Positions 44,234-52,971 of a stretch of DNA of 64,000 nucleotides are shown here, piece by piece. The stretch covers positions 134,494-198,493 of the forward strand of contig CAVWHM010000045.1 of NCBI GenBank assembly GCA_963754775.1. Direction: 5' to 3'. Position 1 is the first letter of the stretch, and each line of letters starts with the position of its first letter. The stretch comes from an uncultured Verrucomicrobiae bacterium. Lineage in GTDB: Bacteria; Verrucomicrobiota; Verrucomicrobiia; Limisphaerales; UBA11358. The notes below the pieces were generated by a model that had not been told where the DNA came from, made no database searches, and saw nothing but the letters and a program-made list of their open reading frames with translations. The translations under genes were made by a program, and so were the position numbers.

Positions 44234-45928
44234 TTAGATTGGCACCGTCGCGCCCGTGCCGCCGAGGCCCGCCCACGTCAAACCGCTGAACGCGGGCACG
44301 TCCTTCGCCATTTCGTTGAATAATCCTTCGATGGTCAGGAACCCGTCCTGGCCGGTGACGTTGTAAACCAAATCGTGCAAAAACTCCCACTCGGGCCGTG
44401 CGTCACCGGGCGCTTCGACGGCTTTCATGAACTTCTGGACGCGGCCTTTCGTGTTTGTGAACGTGCCACGCTTCTCGACGTGCGCGCAGCCGGGCAAAAG
44501 GTAATGCGCCAGCTTCGTCGTCGCGTTCGGCAAAATGTCGCTGACAATGAGCGTCTCCAGTTTGCCGAGCAATTCGGCGTCAATGCCGCTCTTCGTCACG
44601 TCCTCGCCGAAGACGATCAAGGTTTTGATTTTTCCCGCACGGACAAACTCGGCGATCGGCCGCATTTTGATGCCTGTGCTGGCCTGGCAAATGCCGATGA
44701 GCCGTGCGCCGGTCTTGTTCGGGTTGCGGTCGGCGTTCAGCAGCAGCTTGTCGCCTTCGCCAAAACGCCCGACGGAATCCGTCATCGCGCCGAACTTGTC
44801 GGCCAGCTTTTTGAGCAACCACAATTCCTCGTTCGTCTGCCGGGCCGAGGCGATGATGGCGACCGAACCGTGCGGCGCATTTTTCAACTTGCCGGCGATT
44901 TCATTGAGCGCGGCTGTCCAGGTGGTCTTTTGACCGCGAACCAAAACGTCTTTCAAGCGGTCTTCCCGGCCAATCCACTTGTAATTCAAACGGCCGTAAT
45001 CGCACATCCACGGGCCGTTGACGGCGTCGTTTTCGCGCGGCGTGTAACGGTAAACTTTTTCTTCGCGCGAGCCGACGATGATGTTGCAGCCTGTCGCACA
45101 GCTCGTGCAGATACTCCTGGTTTCCTTGAGGAACCACACGCGCATCTGAAAACGGAAATCCTTCGACGTGAGCGCGCCGACCGGACAAATGTCCACGGTG
45201 TTCAGTGTGTAATTGTTGTCGAAAATTTTGCCCGGATAGGCGGTGAGCGTGTTGTAACTGCCGCGATTGACAATACCGAGCGCGTCGTCGCCTGCAATGT
45301 CCCTGGTGAACCGGATGCAGCGGGTGCAGAGAATGCAACGTTCGTCGTCGAGCACGATGCGCGGGCCGAGGTCAACGGCCTTGGGCTTGTGGACCTTTGG
45401 TTCCACAAAGCGGCTCGCGCTCTGGCCGTAATCCACCGAGTATTCCTGCAGCTTGCATTCACCCGCCTGGTCGCAAATCGGGCAATCGAGCGGATGATTA
45501 ATGAGCAAAAATTCCAGCACGCCTTGGCGCATTTGTTTCACGCCGGGAGTGTTCGTGTAAATTTCCATGCCGGGCGAAACCGGCGTGGCGCAGGCAATGG
45601 CCGGCCGCGGCGATTTCATGATCTTCGGCGTGCCGTCGGGGTTCAAAATCGGTTTGCGGTCCGGACCGAGCGCCGGGGTGCCAAACTCGACGAGGCACAT
45701 GCGGCAATTGCCCGCAACCGGCAGCTTCGGATGGTAGCAATAATGCGGCACTTCCGTTTTTGCCAGTTCGCACGCCTGAATCATCGTAGTCGGAATCGGC
45801 TTGCCGGAAATGGGATCCGGCGTCGTCTTCGGCACCTCAATTTCGCGCCCGTCCACCTTCACCTTGATCCCGGTTTGCGGGATCGCCGGCGCCGCGGGCT
45901 TCGTTTCAGTTGTAGCTGTGGTTGACAT
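44234..45928 (-). CDS. nuoG: NADH-quinone oxidoreductase subunit G (short form)
   Basis: 2Fe-2S and 4Fe-4S cysteine clusters (CRMC, HPLDCPICDQAGEC, CILCTRC). ATG at 45928 preferred over TTG at 45937. Confidence 0.9.
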   Translation of the reverse strand: MSTTATTETKPAAPAIPQTGIKVKVDGREIEVPKTTPDPISGKPIPTTMIQACELAKTEVPHYCYHPKLPVAGNCRMCLVEFGTPALGPDRKPILNPDGTPKIMKSPRPAIACATPVSPGMEIYTNTPGVKQMRQGVLEFLLINHPLDCPICDQAGECKLQEYSVDYGQSASRFVEPKVHKPKAVDLGPRIVLDDERCILCTRCIRFTRDIAGDDALGIVNRGSYNTLTAYPGKIFDNNYTLNTVDICPVGALTSKDFRFQMRVWFLKETRSICTSCATGCNIIVGSREEKVYRYTPRENDAVNGPWMCDYGRLNYKWIGREDRLKDVLVRGQKTTWTAALNEIAGKLKNAPHGSVAIIASARQTNEELWLLKKLADKFGAMTDSVGRFGEGDKLLLNADRNPNKTGARLIGICQASTGIKMRPIAEFVRAGKIKTLIVFGEDVTKSGIDAELLGKLETLIVSDILPNATTKLAHYLLPGCAHVEKRGTFTNTKGRVQKFMKAVEAPGDARPEWEFLHDLVYNVTGQDGFLTIEGLFNEMAKDVPAFSGLTWAGLGGTGATVPI

Positions 45929-45933
45929 GGCAA

Positions 45934-47367
45934 TCAATGATGCGCGGCGGCCAGTTTCGTTTTTTCCGCCGGCTCCGCATTTCCCTTCGCGCGACGCGCC
46001 TCGTCGGCCGCGCCTTTGGCAACAAATTCATCCTTGAACTTCGCCACAAAACTTTGCACCGGCCACGAGCAGGCTTCGCCGAAGGCGCAAATCGTGCGGC
46101 CGCCGGGGATGTTATCCGCGATTTTCACCAGGTAATCGGCATCACTTGCGCGGCCTTCGCCGTGCGTGAGACGGTGCAGCGCCTTGCTCATCCAGAGCGA
46201 ACCTTCGCGGCAGGGCGTGCACTGGCCGCAACTTTCGTGCGCGTAAAATTCGGAAATGTTCGCCAGCGCTGCGACGATGTCGGTCGAATCATCCATCACG
46301 ATGATGGCGCTCGAACCGCTCATCGAGCCGGCAGCGATGAGCGAATCAAAATCGTAGGGCAAATCGAGCATGCCCACTTCCTGCTCGACGAACTGGCCGT
46401 CCGGGTTCTTGCGCTTGAGCTTGAATTTCTCGCCCGCCTTGAAAACCTTCGCCGACGAACCGCCGGGGATAACGGCCTTCAATGAACGGCCGGGGCGCAA
46501 TCCGCCGCCGAATGCCGGATCGTTGATGAGCTGGCCGATGGTGACCTTGCCCGTCTCGATTTCATAATAACCGGGGCGCTTCACGTGGCCGCTGAGGCTA
46601 ACGATGCGTGTGCCAGTGTTGTTCGGCGTGCCGAGTTTGGCGAATTCCGCGCCGCCCATCGCGACAATGTGCTTCACGTTGCACAGCGTTTCGACGTTGT
46701 TGACGATGGTCGGACACATCCACAAGCCGAGCACGGCCGGAAAATACGGCGGCTTGATGCGCGGATACGGCCGTTTGCCTTCAAGCGATTCGATCAGGCC
46801 GGTTTCCTCGCCGCAAATGTAGGCGCCCGCGCCGCGATGAATGTAAATTTCCAAATTGTAGCCGCTGCCCAAAATGTTTTTGCCAAGGAAATTTTTCGCG
46901 AGGGCTTCGGCCAGCGCCTGATTCAACAACTTTGCGCCATCGGGCATTTCGCCGCGAATGTAGATGTAGGCGAGATGCACATCGTTGGCGAAGCATGAGA
47001 TGATGGTGCCTTCGATCAACTGGTGCGGGTCTTTGTAAATGATTTGGCGGTCCTTGAACGTGCCCGGCTCGGACTCGTCGGCGTTGCAAATCAGGTAAAT
47101 CGGCTTGCCGCTCTTGCGATCAACGAAACTCCACTTCAAGCCGCACGAAAACCCCGCGCCGCCGCGTCCGCGCAAGCCGGACGTCATCACTTCCTGACGG
47201 ATTTGTTCCTGCGGCGACTGCATTTTGCCATCGGCCAGGGTTTTGGGCTGAAACGCGAGCGCCTTCTTCAAAACCTCGTAGCCGCCGTGGCGCAAATAGC
47301 ATTCGATGTCGGGCGTGTAACCCGGCTGATCGGCGTACTTCAAAACCAATTTGTATTCCTGCGGCAT
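45934..47367 (-). CDS. nuoF: NADH-quinone oxidoreductase subunit F
   Basis: GLRGRGGAGF (FMN), ESCGQCTPCREG (N3 cluster). Confidence 0.95.
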   Translation of the reverse strand: MPQEYKLVLKYADQPGYTPDIECYLRHGGYEVLKKALAFQPKTLADGKMQSPQEQIRQEVMTSGLRGRGGAGFSCGLKWSFVDRKSGKPIYLICNADESEPGTFKDRQIIYKDPHQLIEGTIISCFANDVHLAYIYIRGEMPDGAKLLNQALAEALAKNFLGKNILGSGYNLEIYIHRGAGAYICGEETGLIESLEGKRPYPRIKPPYFPAVLGLWMCPTIVNNVETLCNVKHIVAMGGAEFAKLGTPNNTGTRIVSLSGHVKRPGYYEIETGKVTIGQLINDPAFGGGLRPGRSLKAVIPGGSSAKVFKAGEKFKLKRKNPDGQFVEQEVGMLDLPYDFDSLIAAGSMSGSSAIIVMDDSTDIVAALANISEFYAHESCGQCTPCREGSLWMSKALHRLTHGEGRASDADYLVKIADNIPGGRTICAFGEACSWPVQSFVAKFKDEFVAKGAADEARRAKGNAEPAEKTKLAAAHH

Positions 47368-47376
47368 GGCTAATTT

Positions 47377-47405
47377 CCTGAAACGTGAAACGTGATGCGT
47401 GAACC
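47377..47405. repeat. 7-nt-periodic repeat (GAAACGT units) flanking tRNA-Gln
   Basis: cct gaaacgt gaaacgt gatgcgt gaacc. Confidence 0.5.
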
Positions 47406-47460
47406 AAACGCGCGGCTTGACTGGCCGGTGGAACCCTTTAGCCTAGCCAATGCTCCGGGT

Positions 47461-47534
47461 TGCCCGATGGTGTAACGGTAGCACAGCAGACTCTGGATCT
47501 GTTTGTCATGGTTCAAATCCATGTCGGGCAGCCA
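47461..47534 (+). tRNA. tRNA-Gln (anticodon CTG), antisense to the surrounding nuo genes
   Basis: Manual cloverleaf: acceptor TGCCCGA/TCGGGCA, D stem GTGT/GCAC, anticodon stem GCAGA/TCTGT with loop CTCTGGA, T arm CATGG-TTCAAAT-CCATG, discriminator G, encoded CCA. U1:A72 and G73 fit Gln identity. Confidence 0.85.
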
Positions 47535-47541
47535 TTTTTTC

Positions 47542-47574
47542 AAGGCTGAAGGCTGAAGGCTAAAGGCTGAAAGG
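47542..47574. repeat. AAGGCTG heptamer tandem repeat flanking tRNA-Gln
   Basis: aaggctg aaggctg aaggcta aaggctg aaagg. Confidence 0.6.
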
Positions 47575-47581
47575 AACGGTT

Positions 47582-48115
47582 TCATTTGCAATTCCCCACA
47601 ATCTCGTCCGCCTTCGCGTGACTGACGCCTTCGTAAAAGGCGTCGTTGCACATCATCACCGGCGCGGTGCCGCAACTGGCGAGACATTCGACGAATTCGA
47701 CCGTGAACTTTCCGTCCTTCGTCGTTTGCGGGCCATGCGCGTGCGCGTCCAAGCCCAGTTTCCCGCAGAAATGTTTGTGTAGTTCATACGCGCCGCCCAG
47801 CGCGCAGCTCAACGTCCGGCAGACCTTGATTTGATATTTGCCCATCGGCTGCTGCCGCAGCATAGGATAAAACGTCACAAGCTCATAAACGTTGATGGGC
47901 TGCAGTTCGAGCTTCTTTGCCGTCCACTCGACCGCCTCCTGTGAAATCCAGCCGAATTGCTCCTGAATGGCGTGCAGCACCATCAGCGATGCCGCGCGCT
48001 TTTCGGGGTAATGCGTGATTAATTCGTCCACTTCGGCTTCCAGCGCAGCGGATACGGCGAACCCGCCCTGTTGCCGGAGCGGATTGGGAATGGGTTCGGT
48101 GTGCGCGGCGTTCAT
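47582..48115 (-). CDS. nuoE: NADH-quinone oxidoreductase subunit E
   Basis: 177 aa. 2Fe-2S motif CRTLSC...CLASCGTAP. Confidence 0.9.
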   Translation of the reverse strand: MNAAHTEPIPNPLRQQGGFAVSAALEAEVDELITHYPEKRAASLMVLHAIQEQFGWISQEAVEWTAKKLELQPINVYELVTFYPMLRQQPMGKYQIKVCRTLSCALGGAYELHKHFCGKLGLDAHAHGPQTTKDGKFTVEFVECLASCGTAPVMMCNDAFYEGVSHAKADEIVGNCK

Positions 48116-48116
48116 G

Positions 48117-48479
48117 TCAGGTTGAGTGCAGCGCCACGCGATTGCCTTCGCTGTCCAAAATCACGGCGCGAAATCCGTGCGGCCCGATTTGGTGTTTTGG
48201 CTTCAAAATTTTCCCGCCGTCCTTTTCGACCGCAGCAATGGCGGCATCAAGCCGCTGGTCGCAATTCAAATAAATCATCGGGCCTCCAGTGGACGGTTTG
48301 TGTTCGCCACCGACAACCAGGCAGCCACTGACGCTGTTGTCAGCATCGGGCAAAAGGCCGAAGGTCATGCCTTCCATGGTATGTTTCGCGACCTTCCGGC
48401 CCAGCACCATGCTGTAAAATTTGATCGCCCGGTCGAGGTCTTTCACCGGGATGTCGCACCAGACAATTTGATTGGCCAT
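48117..48479 (-). CDS. VOC (glyoxalase/bleomycin-resistance) family protein
   Basis: 120 aa. IVWCDIPVKDLDRAIKFY...GFRAVILDSEGNRVALHS is a typical single VOC module. Confidence 0.75.
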   Translation of the reverse strand: MANQIVWCDIPVKDLDRAIKFYSMVLGRKVAKHTMEGMTFGLLPDADNSVSGCLVVGGEHKPSTGGPMIYLNCDQRLDAAIAAVEKDGGKILKPKHQIGPHGFRAVILDSEGNRVALHST

Positions 48480-48487
48480 ATGATTTT

Positions 48488-48877
48488 TCAGACGTTCACT
48501 TTGTAACCCAGTGCATGCTCGTCGCCCGGCAGACCGCGAAAACCCCAGTTGTGCCTGGGCGACTCCAGAATCGTCACTTCGAGGTCATTGGGGGAAATGC
48601 CGCAATCCCGGTCGCAGCGTTCGAACAACAACCGAATCAATTTCTTCTTCGATTCAACACTGCGGCCTTCGAACATGCTGAATTCAAGGATGGTGTATTT
48701 GTCGGTTCTGCCCGCGGGATAATAAAAATCCGCATGTTCCAGCGGGAAAAACCGATGCGCCCGTTTGTCGGCCGGATATTGCAGCGCCTCCACGACACAA
48801 GCATGGATCGCGTCCGAAAGCTTTTGCTTGATCGGGTCAAGCTGCTGGCGCAGTCCATATATTTTTACTTGTGACAT
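48488..48877 (-). CDS. Tautomerase-superfamily (4-OT-like, Tautomerase_3-type) protein
   Basis: 129 aa. MSQVKIYGLRQQLDPIKQKLSDAIH...ILEFSMFEGRSVESKKKLI. Residue 2 is Ser, not the canonical catalytic Pro. Confidence 0.6.
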   Translation of the reverse strand: MSQVKIYGLRQQLDPIKQKLSDAIHACVVEALQYPADKRAHRFFPLEHADFYYPAGRTDKYTILEFSMFEGRSVESKKKLIRLLFERCDRDCGISPNDLEVTILESPRHNWGFRGLPGDEHALGYKVNV

Positions 48878-48889
48878 AATCTGCCGTTT

Positions 48890-50161
48890 TCAGCGGTCGC
48901 ACTCTCCCATCACAAAATCGAGCGAACCCAGAATCGCCACGGTGTCGCTGACGAGACAGCCGGGGAAAATTTTCGGGATGATGCTCAGGTTCACAAAGCT
49001 GGGCGCGCGGATTTTCATCCGGTAAGGCGTGCCGCCGCCGCGGCTGTTGATGTAAAAACCCAGTTCCCCCTTCGGATTTTCGTGGCCGAAATAAATTTCT
49101 CCGGGCGGACAGTTCATACCCTGCGTCACAAGAATGAATTGATGAATCAGTTCCTCCATCTTCGTCATCACGTTTTGTTTTGGCGGCAAAACGATCTTGC
49201 CGTCCGGCACGTTCACCGGTTCCCTGATTTTATTATCCGCACCGCCGGGAATTTTTTTGATGCACTGCAGCAAAATGCGGACGCTCTGGCGCATTTCCTC
49301 CATGCGAACAAGATAGCGGTCATAACAGTCGCCGGTCGAACCGACGGGAATGTCGAATTCCAGATCCGGGTAACAAAGATACGGCTGCTTCTTGCGCAAG
49401 TCCCATTCGATGCCGCTGCCGCGCAGATTCGGGCCGCTGAGCCCGTAATCAATGGCGTCCCCCTTCGAGATTACCGCGAGGTCACGCACGCGGTCCACCC
49501 AGATGCGATTGCGGGTGAGCAGCGTCTCGACTTCGTTGAGTGACGGAATGAATTCATCGCAGAACTTTTTGCACTGATCCAGCCAGCCGGGCGGTAAATC
49601 GCGCATCACGCCGCCAATGCGCGTGTAGCTCGTGGTAAAACGCGCGCCGCTGATGGCTTCGGCCAGATTGTAAATTTTCTCGCGGTCGGTGAACGTGAGC
49701 AGAAACACCGTCACCGCGCCCAGGTCCATCGCGAACGCGCCAAGGCCAAGCAAATGCGAGGAAATGCGCGCCAGTTCCACGCACATCACGCGGATATACT
49801 GGCAGCGCGGCGGTAAATCCTTTTCGATGCCGAGCAACTTTTCCACCGCGAGCGCGTAGGCCACGTTGTTGGCCAATGGCGCGAGGTAATCCAGCCGGTC
49901 CGTGTACGGGATGAACTGGGTGTAGGTCATGTTCTCGGCGATCTTTTCGTCGCCGCGATGCAGATAACCCACGTCCGGGTCGGCCTTGGTGATGATTTCG
50001 CCGTCCAACTCGAGCACGATGCGCAACACGCCGTGCGTGGCCGGATGCGACGGCCCCATGTTCAGAACCATTTTCTCGCCCTGCATGTCCTGAAGCTCTT
50101 CCGCCGCCTGCGCGGCCCGCGCGGCAGAATCACGGATTTCAATGTCTTTAACCGTGGCCAT
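48890..50161 (-). CDS. nuoD: NADH-quinone oxidoreductase subunit D
   Basis: 423 aa. NMGPSHPATHGVLR, C-terminal GSLDFVMGECDR. Confidence 0.95.
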   Translation of the reverse strand: MATVKDIEIRDSAARAAQAAEELQDMQGEKMVLNMGPSHPATHGVLRIVLELDGEIITKADPDVGYLHRGDEKIAENMTYTQFIPYTDRLDYLAPLANNVAYALAVEKLLGIEKDLPPRCQYIRVMCVELARISSHLLGLGAFAMDLGAVTVFLLTFTDREKIYNLAEAISGARFTTSYTRIGGVMRDLPPGWLDQCKKFCDEFIPSLNEVETLLTRNRIWVDRVRDLAVISKGDAIDYGLSGPNLRGSGIEWDLRKKQPYLCYPDLEFDIPVGSTGDCYDRYLVRMEEMRQSVRILLQCIKKIPGGADNKIREPVNVPDGKIVLPPKQNVMTKMEELIHQFILVTQGMNCPPGEIYFGHENPKGELGFYINSRGGGTPYRMKIRAPSFVNLSIIPKIFPGCLVSDTVAILGSLDFVMGECDR

Positions 50162-50166
50162 GAAAA

Positions 50167-50745
50167 TTAATCTTCGGGATTGCGAACGCGCGGTTCGCGA
50201 TGAATGGCGTCCTCGCCGCCGGCGACCGTCACAAACGGCCCGCCTTCAAGCGGCGCGGGTTTTGAAAACGCGATGCCGGGCAGGTCACTCGGTTTGCCGG
50301 CCAGCGGAAAATCCTTGCGCAGCGGGAAATACGGATAACCTTCCCACATTAAAATCCGGCGCAAATCCGGATGCCCGCAAAACCGGATGCCCATCATGTC
50401 GTAGATTTCGCGCTCGTGCCAGTCGGCGGTCTTCCAAACGGTCGTGACGGTCGGCAATTCGGATTTTTCCTCGTTTACGCCGGCTTTGAGCCGCAATTCG
50501 TTACCGTGCGTCAGGCCGCGCAGATGATAAACCACCGTCCAGCGCGGGTCTTCGCCATAATTGTCCACGCTGCTGATGTCCACGAGATAATTGAAATCCA
50601 GATCGTTTTTCGCATACTGGCAGACTTCAGCAATTCTTTCCGCGTCGCCGACTTTGAGGGTGATTTCGCCACGAAATTCCGCCGGTTCGGAGATCAAATC
50701 CCCGAACCTGGCTTTGATTTTCTGGGCGAATTCGAGGGCGGGCAC
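50167..50745 (-). CDS. nuoC: NADH-quinone oxidoreductase subunit C
   Basis: 192 aa. WHEREIYDMMGIRFCGHPDLRRIL. Confidence 0.9.
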   Translation of the reverse strand: MPALEFAQKIKARFGDLISEPAEFRGEITLKVGDAERIAEVCQYAKNDLDFNYLVDISSVDNYGEDPRWTVVYHLRGLTHGNELRLKAGVNEEKSELPTVTTVWKTADWHEREIYDMMGIRFCGHPDLRRILMWEGYPYFPLRKDFPLAGKPSDLPGIAFSKPAPLEGGPFVTVAGGEDAIHREPRVRNPED

Positions 50746-50764
50746 GGCAATTCAAATAAAAGGT

Positions 50765-51289
50765 TCAATGACGGCGTAGCGCGGTGACCGCCGTGAGATT
50801 CTCCAGGACCGGTTGGGTTCTGATTTTAGCCTGCAATTTCATCAGCGCATCGAGCACGGCTTCGGGCCGCGGCGGGCAGCCGGAGACGTAAATATCCACC
50901 GGGATGATGTTGTCCACGCCCTGGAGCACGGCGTAGCTGCGATACATGCCGCCGGTGGAAGCGCAGGCGCCCATGGCGATGACCCATTTCGGCTCCGGCA
51001 TCTGGTCGTAAATGCGCTTCACGGCGCCGGCCATTTTGTAGGTGACCGTGCCGGCTACAATCATGCAGTCCGACTGCCGCGGTGAAAAGCGCATGACCTC
51101 CGAACCAAACCGGGAAATATCAAACCGGCTTGCGCCCGCCGCCATCAATTCGATGGCGCAGCAGGCCAGGCCCATCGGCATCGGCCAGACAGAGTTTTGG
51201 CGGAACCAGTTCAGCGCGGCGTCCACCCGCGTCACAATGACGTCGCCTTCAATTTTTGAGTTGTAGCCGATTTCAGTTTCGGTTCGCAT
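50765..51289 (-). CDS. nuoB: NADH-quinone oxidoreductase subunit B
   Basis: Trimmed to the ATG at 51289. [22 protein letters not shown] (N2 cluster ligands). Confidence 0.9.
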   Translation of the reverse strand: MRTETEIGYNSKIEGDVIVTRVDAALNWFRQNSVWPMPMGLACCAIELMAAGASRFDISRFGSEVMRFSPRQSDCMIVAGTVTYKMAGAVKRIYDQMPEPKWVIAMGACASTGGMYRSYAVLQGVDNIIPVDIYVSGCPPRPEAVLDALMKLQAKIRTQPVLENLTAVTALRRH

Positions 51290-51358
51290 AAACACAGCGC
51301 GCCCTGAGCCGGGCGCCAAACAACGTAATCGGGGCAAAAAACCGAGGCAAGTTGAATT

Positions 51359-51374
51359 TGTGATTTTTTTCACA
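51359..51374. promoter_or_regulatory. Perfect TGTGA-N6-TCACA palindrome (CRP/FNR-family-type site) upstream of nuoB
   Basis: tgtga tttttt tcaca, about 85 nt upstream of the nuoB ATG in an AT-rich divergent intergenic region. Direct repeats ACGCAAATT lie nearby at 51390-51398 and 51405-51413. Confidence 0.35.
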
Positions 51375-51490
51375 AGAAGACTTAATTTCACGCAAATTTA
51401 ACAAACGCAAATTGCATCATCGTGTTATCAACTTGCGCTTGTGACCGGCGGCGGCTGGTGTAGAATTAAAAAACGCGGCGGGTTTGAATT

Positions 51491-52240
51491 ATGAAAACTT
51501 TTGCGGAATTGAATTTTCCCGGACGGCTCATTGCCGTCGAGGGCCTCGACGGCTCGGGCAAGTCCACGCAAATTTATCTGCTCAAACGCTGGCTCGAAGC
51601 CGAGGGCATCAAGGTCTATTTCAGCGAGTGGAACTCGTCCGAACTGGTGAAATCCGCCACGAGCAAGGGCAAAAAGCGCGAATTGCTGACGCCGACGACG
51701 TTCAGCCTCATTCACGCGACGGACTTTGCCGACCGTTACGAACGTCACCTGCTGCCGCTGTTGCGCGCGGGCTACATCGTGCTGTGCGATCGGTATATTT
51801 TCACCGCGTTCGCGCGGGACGTAACGCGCGGCTGCCCGCCGGAATGGGTGCGCGGCATTTACAGTTTCGCCGCGCAGCCCGACCTCACGTTTTTCTTCAA
51901 GGCGGATTTGGAGGTGTCGCTCAACCGTATCCTCGAAGGCCGGCCCAAGCTGAAGTTTTTCGAAGCGGGCATGGATCTGCGGCTGTCGAGCGATCCCTAC
52001 GAAAGTTTCCGCATCTTTCAAGGCCGCATTCTGGCGCAATACATGGCGATGAGCGCGGAGTTTCATTTCGTGGTGACGGACGCCAATCAAAATGTGGAAA
52101 CGCAGCAGGCTGGCGTGCGCAAACTGGTCGGGGAGCGGATCGACCTGGAACGTTTCCGGCGCCGCAGCCCGCTGCCGTTGCCGCCACCCATACAGCGAGC
52201 CAACAAGGTTGAGGAAATGGAGGAGGATTCGGCCGCATGA
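51491..52240 (+). CDS. Thymidylate kinase-family protein (paralogue 1)
   Basis: P-loop EGLDGSGKSTQ, DRY motif (CDRYIFT). 249 aa with a C-terminal extension. Confidence 0.7.
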   Translation: MKTFAELNFPGRLIAVEGLDGSGKSTQIYLLKRWLEAEGIKVYFSEWNSSELVKSATSKGKKRELLTPTTFSLIHATDFADRYERHLLPLLRAGYIVLCDRYIFTAFARDVTRGCPPEWVRGIYSFAAQPDLTFFFKADLEVSLNRILEGRPKLKFFEAGMDLRLSSDPYESFRIFQGRILAQYMAMSAEFHFVVTDANQNVETQQAGVRKLVGERIDLERFRRRSPLPLPPPIQRANKVEEMEEDSAA

Positions 52241-52965
52241 AAACGAACGACGTCAAGCCAGCCGCCGGGCAGACCACTCATCGCCGTTTTTACGGCCACG
52301 GCATCCCTGGTGTCCACTTGGAAGACCTGGCGGGCAAACTGATCGTGGTGGAAGGTGCCGACGGTTCGGGCCGCTCCACGCAAATCGCGCGGCTGGTGGA
52401 TTGGCTGGAGACCAGCGGCCACGCCACGGTGCAGGTCGGCCTCAAACGCTCCACGCTCGTCAGTTCCGAACTCGATAAGGCGCAGGAAGGAAACATTTTG
52501 AGCCGGACGACGTTGAGTTTGTTCTACGCGACGGATTTTGCCGACCAGTTGGAAAACATCATTTTGCCGGCGCTCAAGGCCGGACTCATCGTGCTGTCCG
52601 ACCGTTACATTTACACGCTCATGGCGCGCGACATGGTCCGCGGCATGGACGAAGCGTGGCTGAAAAATCTTTACGGCATCGCGCTGGAACCGGATGCGGT
52701 TTTCTATCTCGAAGTCGGGGCCGAGGAGCTGGTGCAGCGGAACCTTTCCAAAAAGGCGGCGCTGGATTTCTGGGAAAGCGGCATGGACCTCGGACTGTCG
52801 CGCGATATGTTCGACAGCTTCCTGAAATACCAGATGAACATGCAGGCCGTGTTCCGCCAATTGCAAAAGACCTACGGCTTCACCATCGTGGACGGCAACC
52901 GCTCCGTGGAAACGATCACGGAAGCCTTGTGGGGGGAAATTCGCGCGTTGCTCGCGGAAAAATAG
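52237..52965 (+). CDS. Thymidylate kinase-family protein (paralogue 2, P-loop Lys replaced by Arg)
   Basis: EGADGSGRSTQ, SDRYIYT. ATGA overlap with paralogue 1. Confidence 0.65.
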   Translation: MKTNDVKPAAGQTTHRRFYGHGIPGVHLEDLAGKLIVVEGADGSGRSTQIARLVDWLETSGHATVQVGLKRSTLVSSELDKAQEGNILSRTTLSLFYATDFADQLENIILPALKAGLIVLSDRYIYTLMARDMVRGMDEAWLKNLYGIALEPDAVFYLEVGAEELVQRNLSKKAALDFWESGMDLGLSRDMFDSFLKYQMNMQAVFRQLQKTYGFTIVDGNRSVETITEALWGEIRALLAEK

Positions 52966-52971
52966 AAAACA

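Noticed and set aside
47370-47687. ORF 47370-47687 (-), and the ORF starts at 54746 (+), 58000 (-) and 60249 (+)
   Set aside because: These read through tRNA genes or the tRNA-derived repeat (DLNHDKQIQSLLCYRY, MSRVRIPSLAP, LVAQLVEQCPFKALVQGSSPC are translated tRNA arms). Real starts were moved downstream or the ORF was discarded.
51290-51490. A short nuoA gene upstream of nuoB
   Set aside because: No ORF of suitable size or hydrophobicity exists on the minus strand here. The only long ORF (51428-52090 -) is antisense to the kinase gene.
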